A stretch of DNA of 64,000 nt from Candidatus Bathyarchaeota archaeon. Lineage in GTDB: Archaea > Thermoproteota > Bathyarchaeia > Bathyarchaeales > Bathycorpusculaceae. Below the pieces are notes generated by a model. It did not search any database. It was not told the origin of the DNA and worked only from the letters and a program-made list of their open reading frames with translations. Each line of letters opens with the position of its first letter. The first letter of the stretch is position 1. The stretch spans positions 1,728,001 through 1,792,000 of the forward strand of contig CAVZJV010000014.1 in the NCBI GenBank assembly GCA_963775685.1. Direction: 5' to 3'. The translations under genes and the position numbers were made by a program. Below are positions 20,959-31,759 of the stretch, in pieces.

Positions 20959-22041
20959 ATGCCAAAAAACTTCACCTACACAGATGCAGGCGTCAATCGA
21001 CAACAGCGCCATGAATCAAAGAAAGCCCTAGTCGCGCTTAAAGAAACATATAAGCACATCGGTTTTGGCGGTATTATGCATTTGCCCTACAGCAACATAT
21101 TCCCAATTGGCGCCAACGCTTTTCTTGATCTTGAAATTGAAGGCGTCGGAACAAAAGTGCTAGTTGCCGACCTCGCAGACAAATATGACACTATTGGTAT
21201 AGATGCAGTGGCAATGGTAGTTAACGATGTTATCCGCTCGGGAGCTAAACCTCTAGCAATTGCAGACAACATCCATGCAACTGCCAGTAAACCTGAACTC
21301 GTAAAAGCTTGGCTCAAAGGCATCATTCAGGGCGCAAATGAATCGGAGTGCCCAGTTACAAACGGCGAGACAGGTGACGTCGCAGAAATAATCAAAGGCA
21401 TCACCCCCAACTCAGGCTTTGACATTGTTATCTCCTCAGTGGGCAAAGTGGAAAGCCAAGACATCATTACGGGCGAAGGCATCAAGCCAGATGACCCAAT
21501 CATTGGCTTAGCCAGCAGCGGCGTCCATAGCAACGGCATCACCCTTGTTCGGAAAATTCTCTTCAAGCAGTGGGGTGGAAAATACCTGCCAAACGACGTA
21601 CCCAAAGGTTTAGACAGGGAAGTTGCACTTGAGGTTTTGGAACCTACAAAAATCTACGTTAAGCCGCTCCTCAAACTCGTACACGAAGTCAAAGTTAAAG
21701 CCGCCGTGCATGTAACAGGCGACGCATTCACCAAATTCAACAACTTGGCGAACTACTCGCCGGGCATAGGCTTTAAGTTCAACAATTTTAAGCCCCAACC
21801 AATCTTTGGATTGATCCAGAAAACTGCCGCTGAACTCGGCTACACCATAACCGACGAGGAAATGTTCAAGACATTTAACATGGGCTGGGGCTTTGGCATT
21901 ATCGTTGACAAAGCAGACACAGATAAAGCCATGGACAACCTTGAGCAAAACAGCATGGTTCCCCAGTTGATAGGCAAAGTCACCAACAAAGAAAGAGTAG
22001 TTGAGATAGAGCACCAGAACAAACGTATGGTTTTAATGTAA
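20959..22041 (+). CDS. purM: AIR synthetase
   Basis: YTDAGV, EGVGTK, GETG, SSGVHSNG, HVTG, TFNMGWG. Confidence 0.93.
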   Translation: MPKNFTYTDAGVNRQQRHESKKALVALKETYKHIGFGGIMHLPYSNIFPIGANAFLDLEIEGVGTKVLVADLADKYDTIGIDAVAMVVNDVIRSGAKPLAIADNIHATASKPELVKAWLKGIIQGANESECPVTNGETGDVAEIIKGITPNSGFDIVISSVGKVESQDIITGEGIKPDDPIIGLASSGVHSNGITLVRKILFKQWGGKYLPNDVPKGLDREVALEVLEPTKIYVKPLLKLVHEVKVKAAVHVTGDAFTKFNNLANYSPGIGFKFNNFKPQPIFGLIQKTAAELGYTITDEEMFKTFNMGWGFGIIVDKADTDKAMDNLEQNSMVPQLIGKVTNKERVVEIEHQNKRMVLM

Positions 22042-22098
22042 AGTATTGCTTTTTTCTTGATGAAAGCGTTTAAATCCCGAGGCTGAATTTAGAGGCTT

Positions 22099-22350
22099 AT
22101 GAAATACGCTGCAAAAATTGAAGTCAGCCTCAAACCCGGACACAGCAACCCGGAAGGCGAAACCACCGCACGACTACTAATCGAACTCGGCTACAAAGTA
22201 GATGCAGTGGACGTTAGCAAAGTCTACACCGTAACCCTTGACGCAGCCTCACCAAAGGAAGCCAAAGCAAAAGCTGAAGAAATGAGCAAACGCCTCCTGG
22301 CAAACCCAACCAAAGACAACTACACCATAAGCGTCGCTGAGCAGAAATGA
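22099..22350 (+). CDS. purS: FGAM synthase subunit PurS
   Basis: LKPGHSNPEG, LLANP. Confidence 0.93.
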   Translation: MKYAAKIEVSLKPGHSNPEGETTARLLIELGYKVDAVDVSKVYTVTLDAASPKEAKAKAEEMSKRLLANPTKDNYTISVAEQK

Positions 22351-24734
22351 ACTCGGAACTCTATACCCAACGCAAAAACAGCCAAGTTTTAGAATTTCCC
22401 ATAGCAAAAGCCACCAAAGAGCAGCTTTCTGAAATTAACAACGAACTTGCTTTGGGATTTAGCGCAGAAGAACTGGATGCAATCCAAGCTTATTTTAAAA
22501 AAGAAAAACGCAATCCCACTAATGTGGAGTTGCAAACAATAAGTCAAACGTGGAGTGAGCATTGCTGCCACAAAACGTTTAAGGGCAAAATCCAACTCAA
22601 CGGCAAAGAAATCCAAAGCCTCTTTAAAACCTACATCGCAAAAGCCACGAAACAAATCAAAGCACCTTGGTGCGTAAGCGTTTTTGAGGACAACGCAGGC
22701 ATCGTAAAGTTTGACAAAGGCTATGGAATCGCGGCAAAGGTGGAAACACACAATCACCCATCCGCTGTGGAGCCGTTTGGAGGGGCAGCAACAGGCGTGG
22801 GCGGTGTTATCCGCGACATTTTAGGTGTGTGGGCTGACCCAATTGCGTGCACCGACGTTTTGGGTTTTGGACCCTTAGATTACGATTACAGTAAACTTCC
22901 AGCAGGCGTTAAACACCCAAAATACTTGTACATGGGCGTAACAGCAGGCATCAGCGCATATGGTAACAACATGGGCATCCCAACAGTCAACGGCGCAATA
23001 TACTTCGACGACAGCTACACGGGCAACGTCATAGTGTACTGCGGTTGCATCGGACTCTTACCCCTAAACAAGTACAACAAAAACGCTAAAATCGGAGACA
23101 TAGTTGTTTTGGCAGGCGGCAAAACAGGACGCGACGGCATCCACGGCGTAACCTTCGCATCCGCTGAACTCACCGAAAAATCAGAAGAAATCTCAAGACC
23201 CGCCGTACAAATAGCTGACCCAATCGAGGAAGAAAAAGTCAAACGGGCAATTATAGAGATTCGGGACTTGCGGTTGGGCTCGGCAATAACAGACATTGGC
23301 GGGGGAGGGTTATCTTCAGCTGTAGGTGAAACGGCTGAACGTTTTTGTTGTGGCGTGTCAATTGACTTGGGGAAGGTTCCTTTGAAGTATCAAGGATTAG
23401 CGCCATGGGAAATCTACCTTTCCGAATCCCAAGAACGCATGCTCCTAACTGTGCCGCCCGAGAATTTGGAGCGGGTTATGGCTGTTTTCGAAAAAGAAGA
23501 TGTACAAGCCAGGGCTATCGGTAAACTAATTCCGGAAAGGCGATTGCAACTCAACTACAACAGTGAAATAGTCTCCGATATCGATATGGAGTTTATGTTC
23601 AATCCCTGTCAAAGCACCAAAGTAGCAACCATCGAGAAGCCAAAACTAACTGAACCAGAGTTTGATGAACCAACAAACATAACAGAAACACTCCTACAAT
23701 TACTCGCAGCCCCCAACATCGCCAGCAAAGAATCTGTGATACGCACCTACGACCACGAAGTCAAGGGCAACACAGCCCTCAAACCCCTACAAGGCGAGTA
23801 CGCTGGACCAAACGACGCAGCAGTTCTCAAACCGTTGGACGATTCGATGAAGGGCTTAGTTATATCATGCGGCATGAACCCAAACTACGGCAAGATTGAT
23901 GCTTACTGGATGGCGGCTTCAGCAATCGACGAAGCCATGCGAAACAACATAGCTGTCGGTGGAAGAAGAATTTCGCTTTTGGACAATTTTACTTGGGGAA
24001 ACCCAGAGAAAACAGAACGGTTAGGCTCACTGGTGAGAGCTTGTCAAGCGTGCTACGATTTCTCGGTGGCGTTCAAGGCACCGTTTATTTCAGGAAAAGA
24101 CAGCCTCTACAACGAGTCGCCACTGGGTCCCGTGACCCCAACGCTCCTAATAACGGCAGTCGGCGTAATCTCCAACATCCAATCAACCATAAGCATGGAC
24201 CTCAAAACCCCAGGCAACAACCTCTACATCATCGGCGAAACATTCAACGAACTAGGCGGCAGCGAATACTACAAACTCAAAGGCTTCTCAGGTGTATCCG
24301 TCCCTAAAGTCAAAGGCGCAAAGGCCAAACGAACCTTCAAAGCCGTCACCAAAGCCATCGACGCAGGCTTAGTTAAATCGTGCCACGACCTTTCGGAAGG
24401 AGGGTTAGCTGTGGCGGCAGCGGAGATGGCGTTTGCAGGTGGCTATGGCTTAGAAATCAATTTGCAAAAAGTCCCAGGCAAAGACCTTGCGCGCAACGAC
24501 TTTGTATTGTTCTCTGAATCCAACAGCCGGTTCCTAATGGAGGTCATAGAAGCAGACAAAGAAGACTTTGAGGACTTAATGAAAGGCAAAAGCTGCATCC
24601 TGATAGGAAAAGTAACCAAAGAACAAAAACTAAAAATCAAAGGCCTACATGGAAAAGCTGTGGTTGATTTAGCACTTGAAACGCTTCGGCGCAGCTGGAA
24701 GAGAACTTTGAGTTCAGAGAAGATGCCACAATGA
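22347..24734 (+). CDS. purL: FGAM synthase subunit PurL
   Basis: WSEHCCHK, ETHNHPS, GAATGVGG, SESQERM, HDLSEGG. Confidence 0.96.
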   Translation: MNSELYTQRKNSQVLEFPIAKATKEQLSEINNELALGFSAEELDAIQAYFKKEKRNPTNVELQTISQTWSEHCCHKTFKGKIQLNGKEIQSLFKTYIAKATKQIKAPWCVSVFEDNAGIVKFDKGYGIAAKVETHNHPSAVEPFGGAATGVGGVIRDILGVWADPIACTDVLGFGPLDYDYSKLPAGVKHPKYLYMGVTAGISAYGNNMGIPTVNGAIYFDDSYTGNVIVYCGCIGLLPLNKYNKNAKIGDIVVLAGGKTGRDGIHGVTFASAELTEKSEEISRPAVQIADPIEEEKVKRAIIEIRDLRLGSAITDIGGGGLSSAVGETAERFCCGVSIDLGKVPLKYQGLAPWEIYLSESQERMLLTVPPENLERVMAVFEKEDVQARAIGKLIPERRLQLNYNSEIVSDIDMEFMFNPCQSTKVATIEKPKLTEPEFDEPTNITETLLQLLAAPNIASKESVIRTYDHEVKGNTALKPLQGEYAGPNDAAVLKPLDDSMKGLVISCGMNPNYGKIDAYWMAASAIDEAMRNNIAVGGRRISLLDNFTWGNPEKTERLGSLVRACQACYDFSVAFKAPFISGKDSLYNESPLGPVTPTLLITAVGVISNIQSTISMDLKTPGNNLYIIGETFNELGGSEYYKLKGFSGVSVPKVKGAKAKRTFKAVTKAIDAGLVKSCHDLSEGGLAVAAAEMAFAGGYGLEINLQKVPGKDLARNDFVLFSESNSRFLMEVIEADKEDFEDLMKGKSCILIGKVTKEQKLKIKGLHGKAVVDLALETLRRSWKRTLSSEKMPQ

Positions 24735-25549
24735 ACACCGAGGACATTAAAATCTGCGTGCTGCGTGTCGGCGGAACCAACTGCGACGCTGAAACCCAAC
24801 GCGCCTTCCAAGAACTCGGTGTACAAGCCGAAACGGTACATGTTAACGAACTTATCAAACGCCGCAACCTGCTCGATTACAACGTGCTGGTTTTCCCAGG
24901 CGGCTTCTCATTTGGCGACTACGTACGTTCAGGCGTCATCTTTGCAAGGCATCTTTCAACCCAATTAGGGAAGGAAATTGAAACCTTCGTTGACGAAGGC
25001 AGACCAATATTGGGTATTTGCAATGGATTCCAAATCCTCGTCGAATACGGTTTGCTCCCAGGATTCCAAGGAATAAGTACCTACCCCGAAGCAACGTTAA
25101 CAACCAATGAACCAGCAGGCTTCAAGTGCCAATGGGTTTACCTAAAACAGGAAAACAAGAGCAAATGCGCCTTCACAAGTAAAATCCCCGCCGAAAAAAC
25201 CATCCAGCTACCAATTGCACACGGTGAAGGAAGATTACTCTTCCCTAAGGAAAAAGAAGAGTCTCTACTAAAGAAACTGATCGACGAAGACATGCTGGTT
25301 TTCCGTTACTGCACCAAGGAAGGAAAAGTAGCCGACAGCAAATACCCCGCCAACCCGAACGGTTCATTCTACGACATAGCAGGCATCTGCAACAGAGAAG
25401 GCAACATTTTTGGTTTGATGCCACATCCCGAGAGGGCAATGTACTGGTGGCAACAACCCGACTGGACACGCCAACAACAAATGCTACAGTACGGCGACGG
25501 CAAACTAATCTTCCAAAGCATCATCGATAAACTAACCAAGAAGTGCTAA
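24731..25549 (+). CDS. purQ: FGAM synthase subunit PurQ
   Basis: GTNCD, GGFSFGD, GICNGFQ, AHGEG, MPHPER. Confidence 0.96.
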   Translation: MNTEDIKICVLRVGGTNCDAETQRAFQELGVQAETVHVNELIKRRNLLDYNVLVFPGGFSFGDYVRSGVIFARHLSTQLGKEIETFVDEGRPILGICNGFQILVEYGLLPGFQGISTYPEATLTTNEPAGFKCQWVYLKQENKSKCAFTSKIPAEKTIQLPIAHGEGRLLFPKEKEESLLKKLIDEDMLVFRYCTKEGKVADSKYPANPNGSFYDIAGICNREGNIFGLMPHPERAMYWWQQPDWTRQQQMLQYGDGKLIFQSIIDKLTKKC

Positions 25550-26446
25550 ATCCTTAGCGTAAGGCAATCCCGTGCGAGCACCCATCACCGTAACGCTTCG
25601 GGAAGCAACAAAATTGGCAAGTTGTCCGCATTCGTAAAGGGTTTTACCATGGATTAATCCGTAAAGAAAACCCGCGTCGAATGCATCTCCTGCGCCAGTC
25701 GTGTCGACAACTTTTACTTTGAAGGGGTCTATGCTAAGTCTTTCTTGTCCGTCAGTGACGTAGCAGCCCTTGGCGCCAAGTTTTACCGCAACTATTTTGA
25801 CGCCCATCGCAATCATGAAGTCGGCGCCTTTGCGGTAATCAGTTTCGCCGGTTATTTGTTCAAGTTCAATGAGGTTAGGCAGCAAAACGTAAGAATTCCT
25901 AATCATCGGCTCTATTACGGCAAAACCTTTCTGTGCATACAGTGAACCGGGGTCAAAGCTGATTTTAACTTCATCAGGCAACGAACTTAACAGCTTTTTT
26001 TGTGCACGAAAAGATTTCTCGCCCACAAAGGAAGATAAGTGCAAGAATTTGGATTGGGAAACGTATTCCCATTTGATCTCGCGGGGCTCAACTAAGTCGT
26101 TGACGCCTGAGTTTATGTAGAGGGCTCTTGCGCCTTTTCTGTCCACAAAACCCATCACTACGCCGCTCTTGCCTTTCGTTGCCACTGTTATGCCATTGAT
26201 GTCGACACCTTCGGTCTTTAAATTGTCGATTTGAAGTTTTCCTTCGCGGTCGTCTGCGACTTTCCCGATGAAGCCTACTTTGCCGGCTAGCCTAGCCAAC
26301 CCAACTATGGTGTTTGCAGCTGAACCTCCGCAGGCTTCCGTGTAGTCTTCAATGAAGCTTTCTTCTTCCGCACATACAAGTCGCTGCACTTTGAAAAGCA
26401 TATCGACATTAAGTGCACCAAAACCTATTACATCAAATTTTGTCAT
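25532..26446 (-). CDS. PfkB/ribokinase family kinase (EhaT-like)
   Basis: GGSAANT, DTTGAGDAFDAG; 4-nt overlap with the ftr-like gene. Confidence 0.9.
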   Translation of the reverse strand: MTKFDVIGFGALNVDMLFKVQRLVCAEEESFIEDYTEACGGSAANTIVGLARLAGKVGFIGKVADDREGKLQIDNLKTEGVDINGITVATKGKSGVVMGFVDRKGARALYINSGVNDLVEPREIKWEYVSQSKFLHLSSFVGEKSFRAQKKLLSSLPDEVKISFDPGSLYAQKGFAVIEPMIRNSYVLLPNLIELEQITGETDYRKGADFMIAMGVKIVAVKLGAKGCYVTDGQERLSIDPFKVKVVDTTGAGDAFDAGFLYGLIHGKTLYECGQLANFVASRSVTVMGARTGLPYAKDLALLG

Positions 26447-27348
26447 GAAAATAGCTCTCTTAATTGGATTTTGTATTCGCCAAGTTTACCGCCGTAGTTA
26501 CCACCGGAGACCCGTACAACCCCTTCAATGTCTAATACTGCGTTTATACCTTTTTTTGTGGCTTCTTTGATTGCGTCTAAGGAAATCCCGTCATAAACGA
26601 TTTCGGCGATGTATCCCACGCCATCTGGAACCAGTGATTCCGCGCCTAAGCGTGCCTTGAGCGAGGGACAGTGGAGGTGGTTGGTTGTTGGTCCGATTTT
26701 TGGGAAGTGGGTTTCGGGTTTAGAGCCTGCGGAGCAAATGTCAAAGGTGGTCACGACGCCATAAACCTTATGAATGGACTTTAAGGCTTTGGCGCCCGCT
26801 TCCTTAAGCGCTTGTTTAGTGCCACACATTACCCAGAAATTGCCGCCCATCACCCCGCGCGCATAACCCAAGTAACGTTCGACAACAAAGTCCGGAACCA
26901 TCAATGGAACCACAATGACCTCTCTACCATACCGAGTTTCAACCCACTCGTAACCATCGCCACAGTGACCTACACGCTCCATCATGTCCAATTTCCCCTC
27001 AGCTCTCGGCAGGGCGTCGAATACAGCCGTGAATGGTTTTACAAGTATGTCTTGGCGAATACGATAGGACAACTCAGTTTCGAATTTTTTTAGGGATTCT
27101 TGGAAGGTTTTTTTCGGGCTAATTTCTCCCCAGAACTGCAGGATTGCGCCAACCCTTTTATCCGGAGTTTCGTTTGGGCGGAGGTATTTTTCTACCCCGC
27201 CTTCTGTTCTGCCTATAACAACCGATGGAGTTGCAGTCGAGTCTTCGGCTGCTTTACGCAATGTTTCGGGATCGTCGGCAGTCAGTATTATGCGGCAGAA
27301 TACACCCGCGAACGCTTCGATGTAAGTATCATCGATTTTTTTATTCAT
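26443..27348 (-). CDS. Formylmethanofuran:H4MPT formyltransferase-like protein (Ftr paralog, EhaS-like)
   Basis: IDDTYIEAF, TPDKRVG, GGNFWV, GSKP, EIVYDG, GNYGGKLG. Confidence 0.85.
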   Translation of the reverse strand: MNKKIDDTYIEAFAGVFCRIILTADDPETLRKAAEDSTATPSVVIGRTEGGVEKYLRPNETPDKRVGAILQFWGEISPKKTFQESLKKFETELSYRIRQDILVKPFTAVFDALPRAEGKLDMMERVGHCGDGYEWVETRYGREVIVVPLMVPDFVVERYLGYARGVMGGNFWVMCGTKQALKEAGAKALKSIHKVYGVVTTFDICSAGSKPETHFPKIGPTTNHLHCPSLKARLGAESLVPDGVGYIAEIVYDGISLDAIKEATKKGINAVLDIEGVVRVSGGNYGGKLGEYKIQLRELFS

Positions 27349-28440
27349 TTACCCAAGTCCTCCAATATCTATGCCCCGAACCTTATTGCGAAACATGCAA
27401 CTCTCTTTCACAAGTGCGTCCACATTTTGAGGAGTGATAATTTGAACGCTCGGCAAGGCTCCAGGATATACTGAATAAAGCTGTTTTAGGAAAACAGAGT
27501 TTACACCGCTCTCTTCTACCGCTTGTTTGCACCAAAACAAAATCACTTTTAGAGTCTGGGCTTTTCCCAACCTACAGAACAAGTCAGCAACTAGGGCGGT
27601 AATGAGATTGCTTTCGGAGAACACTGCAACCTCAGCGCTCCTAACAGCATAACTGTTGCCATTAAAAGAGACAGCTAAGCCACCACCAGCGCGGACCAGT
27701 TTGAAGGCTTCCATGTCGGTTATGCTGTCGCCAACATAGATTACATCCGCCAATCGTACGCCTAAACGTTTTGCAGCATCACGTATAGCCTCAGCTTTTT
27801 GTGCCCCACCAACCGTAACCACATCTGTGAGGAATTTGCCAACAAACATTTTGGGGACGTCACTCCAGAAGATCTCATCCAACCGCTGGATCACCGATAG
27901 GTCGCTATGGGAAAAATCTTGAAGAGTTCTTGCCCCAAGTGGAATATCGATTAACTGCATTTGCGCGATTTCTTGCGCTATTTCCTTTAAACGCTCTTTT
28001 TCTTGGGGAGTTATGGCGATTTTGTCGAGGCTGACTTTGGTGCAGTAAGTGTTTTTGTATGGGAAATCGACGACGGTGCAAAGGGCGCGGATGTAGTGTT
28101 CATAACTGGTGCTGACGATGAAGGCGTCGGCTATGTCTTGTATATAGTGTAGGGTGGTTTGGGTGTTGGCGATTAGTAGGATGTTTTGGGCAGAGAACTC
28201 TTCCATCTGGCGGTCGGTTACGCCATATGCTTTGAAGAAGGGCAAAATGAGCTTTAACGTGCTGCCCGCGGAATACCCAGGTTTCTTCAGTATATCTGCA
28301 AGCGTATCGTCGTATTTGCTGATATTAGCAAAAAAGCTGTCACCGTTTGGAATAAAATTAGCCGCCAACTCAAACGCATTATCATTTTTTGAGATAGGTC
28401 CTTCGCAATCAGAAACAAAAACACGCTTCAAACCCTGCAC
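27349..28440 (-). CDS. HAD-superfamily hydrolase (EhaR-like)
   Basis: FVSDCEGPISKND (motif I), STSY (II), YVGDSITD (IV), SFNGN. Confidence 0.8.
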   Translation of the reverse strand: MQGLKRVFVSDCEGPISKNDNAFELAANFIPNGDSFFANISKYDDTLADILKKPGYSAGSTLKLILPFFKAYGVTDRQMEEFSAQNILLIANTQTTLHYIQDIADAFIVSTSYEHYIRALCTVVDFPYKNTYCTKVSLDKIAITPQEKERLKEIAQEIAQMQLIDIPLGARTLQDFSHSDLSVIQRLDEIFWSDVPKMFVGKFLTDVVTVGGAQKAEAIRDAAKRLGVRLADVIYVGDSITDMEAFKLVRAGGGLAVSFNGNSYAVRSAEVAVFSESNLITALVADLFCRLGKAQTLKVILFWCKQAVEESGVNSVFLKQLYSVYPGALPSVQIITPQNVDALVKESCMFRNKVRGIDIGGLG

Positions 28441-29840
28441 CTCAACTGCTCCATGTGTCTGACGCTTTTGGCTATGTGATGTTTTTCTGCCACGTCGGTT
28501 CGGTTCCAGAGCGCACCACCCTTGATTGCTTTGGCGCCTTCTTGGCTTATTTGGCGTGCTTCCTCGATGCTACTGCCTATTCCCAGAATACCGATAGCAC
28601 GGGATTTGAGCGCATAGTTTTTGCCGTCACGTACCTCCATGGAGCCTGGGTAGATGCGGATTTTGTCGCCGTACTTTTCGGTTAGGTCTTCGGCTTTAGT
28701 TAGATCGACCGGTGTGTTGATGAAGGCTTTATCCACTTTGTCTGGGTGTGCTTCGGCGTAGCCGCCGTAGTCTGCGGGAACCTTATAGGTCAGCACCGTC
28801 GCCGACTTCTCCATAGCGACCCCCTTCAGGTTGCCGTCAATCATTCTGAGGCATACGTCGACGAAGTCGTTTTTAATGACCGGGAGGAGGTTCATGATTT
28901 CGGGATCTCCTGGGCGACTGTTTATTTCTAGGATTTTTATGTCTTTGCCCGTGTGAATGAAAGCAAGGTAGAGTGGAACGCCGCGGAGTGCCGAATCGTC
29001 AAGGATTTTTGCCTTCCATCCATTGAAAACCCGGTCAGCTAAAGCAAGTTCTTGTTCACGTTCAGAGGCAGTGAGGAAAGGCAGGTAATCGCCGACATCT
29101 TTGTATGAACCCATACCGCCTGTGTTTGGGCCTTTGTCATCATCGAAGGCGCGTTTGTAGTCGCGGGTGTCGGGCAACATCATGAAGTGTTTGCCGTCGC
29201 AGAACCCCATACAACTGGATTCTTCCCCGTCAATTTTTTCCTCTATAATTACTGAGTCATATTGGAAGTTAGACATGAAATGCTCGAAAAGTTGTTCGCG
29301 GTTTGCGAAGTGGTCTCCCCAAACGCCCACGCCTTTACCCAAGGCCGGTTTGTCAGGTTTAACCACAGCCTGATTATCGAGTTCGTCTAGCCACTCGTAA
29401 ACAGCCTTTCGTACATCTTTGCCTTTGTAATCGGTAGGGTGGAAAATCCGAAAACGGGGATTAGCGTCCGGCGCAATCTCCTCGAAGAGTATGCGTTGGG
29501 CAATTTTGCTGCCTTCGATGGCGTAGTCTTTTTTGGGGCAGATGACAGGTATGCCGGTTTGTTCCTCGACTAAGTCGCGTATGCCCTCAATTATGGGTTT
29601 CTCGGAGCCAACCATAACGAAGTCCAGGTTCTCCTTGTTTTCTTGGGCAAACTTGCATACTTCGTCAATGTTGAGGTTTGGGATGACTTTGTGTTTGGCG
29701 GCGTGTTTTGCATTGAAGGGATTGCGTTGTTTGTCGGCAACGAAAAGTTCAACTCGGTAGTTATTGCTTCTTAAAAGTGCGTCTGCCATAGCGACTTCCC
29801 GTGCGCCGTAAGAAACTAGTAGGATGCCTATCTTCTCCAT
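28428..29840 (-). CDS. purD: Phosphoribosylamine-glycine ligase
   Basis: GAREVAM, GKGV, DYKRAFDDDKGPNTGGMG, EINSRPGDPE. Confidence 0.93.
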   Translation of the reverse strand: MEKIGILLVSYGAREVAMADALLRSNNYRVELFVADKQRNPFNAKHAAKHKVIPNLNIDEVCKFAQENKENLDFVMVGSEKPIIEGIRDLVEEQTGIPVICPKKDYAIEGSKIAQRILFEEIAPDANPRFRIFHPTDYKGKDVRKAVYEWLDELDNQAVVKPDKPALGKGVGVWGDHFANREQLFEHFMSNFQYDSVIIEEKIDGEESSCMGFCDGKHFMMLPDTRDYKRAFDDDKGPNTGGMGSYKDVGDYLPFLTASEREQELALADRVFNGWKAKILDDSALRGVPLYLAFIHTGKDIKILEINSRPGDPEIMNLLPVIKNDFVDVCLRMIDGNLKGVAMEKSATVLTYKVPADYGGYAEAHPDKVDKAFINTPVDLTKAEDLTEKYGDKIRIYPGSMEVRDGKNYALKSRAIGILGIGSSIEEARQISQEGAKAIKGGALWNRTDVAEKHHIAKSVRHMEQLRCRV

Positions 29841-29889
29841 CTAAGATACACCTTAACTGACTAATCAGTGGAGGAACTCTTTATAGCGG

Positions 29890-31378
29890 TTACGGCTGGA
29901 CTTCTTCAGATTCGTAAATCCTGTTTTTCTCTTCATAGCCTTCGAGGAAACGTTTTTTCATGACATCAGACATTTTCTGCGCACACAGCGTCGGGTACTT
30001 GCCAGTGACGCAGGCTAAGCAAAGTTGGTTTTCGGTTTGTCCTGTGGCCCCGATTAAGCCCTCCAACGACTGGTAGCATACGGCGTCGGCGCCGATAATT
30101 TTGGCGATTTCTTCAGGATTATTTCGAGATCCGATAAGCTGCCCATAAGTGGACATGTCGATCCCGTAGAAACAGGGTCCGATGATTCGCGGGAAAGTCA
30201 CGAAAAGATACACTTTTTTGGCGCCTGCCTTGCGGAGTTTTTCTATAATGACTTTGGTGGTGTCGCCGCGGACAACGCTGTCTTCGGTTATTATAACTCG
30301 TTTGCCTGCTACTTTGCTGCCGAGAATGTTGATTTTTTTGTCGATAGTTGAGTAGCGTTCGTTGTTGAGCAATATGAAGGCACGTTCGGTTACGTAGCGG
30401 TGGCGTCTTGAGGCACGTTCCCATCTTAGACCTGACGCTTCATGGACTCCCATTGCTGGGTCGTCGCCGGTTTCAGGCACCGACATGATGATGTCGCTGT
30501 CTTTTACGATTTCTGGGAATTCTTTAACAAGGTTTCTTCCGAATTCTTCTCGGATTTCGTAGACGTATTTGCCGTCAAAACGTGAGTCGGGTCTTGCAAA
30601 ATAAGCGTATTCGAAACAGCAGAAGGCTTCACGTGGATTCTCTATGATTTGGGTGCGTTTGAAGCCGTTTTCCGAAACCGTCACGAGCTCGCCGGGTTTC
30701 AACTCGAAGTCTCTCACAAAACTATTCATGTCTAAGCTTACGGTTTCAGAGGAAAAAGCGAAAGTTTTGCCTTCAGGGTCATGTCCAGCGCACAATGGCT
30801 TTATGCCATAGGGGTCTTTGAAGGCAAAGAATTGGCCATCGCCTGTTATGCCTGTTACGGAGAATGCGCCGTCCAAGGTTTTCATAACGGTGCCAGCTGC
30901 AGAGGTTAAGTCTTGACCCTGTTTTAAGGCAAGGAGCATTTTATGGCACACAATGTCAGAGTCGCAGTTGTAAAGAAAATCAGAAAAGTTTTGGTTCATC
31001 TCTTTTTTGAGCGGCAACGTGTTAACGATGTTGCCGTTAAAGGAGAGGGCAAGTTTTATTCTGCCTGAGGAGGCAAGGACAGGTTGTGTTCCGTCGATTA
31101 TGGAGACGTCGTCGCATTTGCCTGAGGTTGTGTAGCGTACATTACCGATGCCGATGGATCCAGGTAGACGTGCGAACCATTCAATTATTACGCTTGTTTT
31201 CAGTTTTGGGACAAGATCAAGTGCTTTGTAGGTATAAAATTGGTTATTGTTGCTTGTTAGGAAACCGTGTGATTGGTGTCCTCGATGATTTTGGGCTCGT
31301 AGTCCCCAGTAAACATAAGGGAAAACGGGTTTTTTATCGTAATTTATTGCACCAAAGATACCGCAGCCTATCTTCCAG
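29890..31378 (-). CDS. purF: Amidophosphoribosyltransferase; ORF-track start at 31017 is too short
   Basis: Frame is open up to CGIFG (Cys at 31363-31365); HRGHQS, RYTTSG, NGNI, EDSVVRGDT, PCFYGID; start codon non-canonical or frameshifted. Confidence 0.93.
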
Positions 31379-31556
31379 TCCCTTCTAGCAGTAAATGCTC
31401 ATTTATTGAAAGAAGGGGTTTATACGCTTTTAGTACAAATTTAGGTAAAAAACATGTGGTTTTTAACATAATAAGATTGAAAGCAAACAAGTAAGCAAAG
31501 ACGGTAGTTTTAAAAATACTAACGGTTCACATGAGTTAAAAGCAGGTGGCGATTGC

Positions 31557-31723
31557 TTGACTTCAACTTTGGGAGAACTAGCCATTGAAACATCAAACCT
31601 CATAAAAGTCTATAAAGAAGGAAAAATCAAAGCCGTAGACGGACTCAATCTAAAAAAATAGGAAAGGGCGAAATCTACGCCCTAATCGGCGTTCATCACC
31701 GGAATCGAATTGTTGTTCTTTGA
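31557..31723 (+). pseudogene. Truncated ABC transporter ATPase remnant
   Basis: AIETSNLIKVYKEGKIKAVDGLNLK..GEIYALIG, breaking off at Walker A. Confidence 0.7.
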
Positions 31724-31759
31724 GGTAGCAGTTTCTACGGTGAAAGATAGAATGACAGA

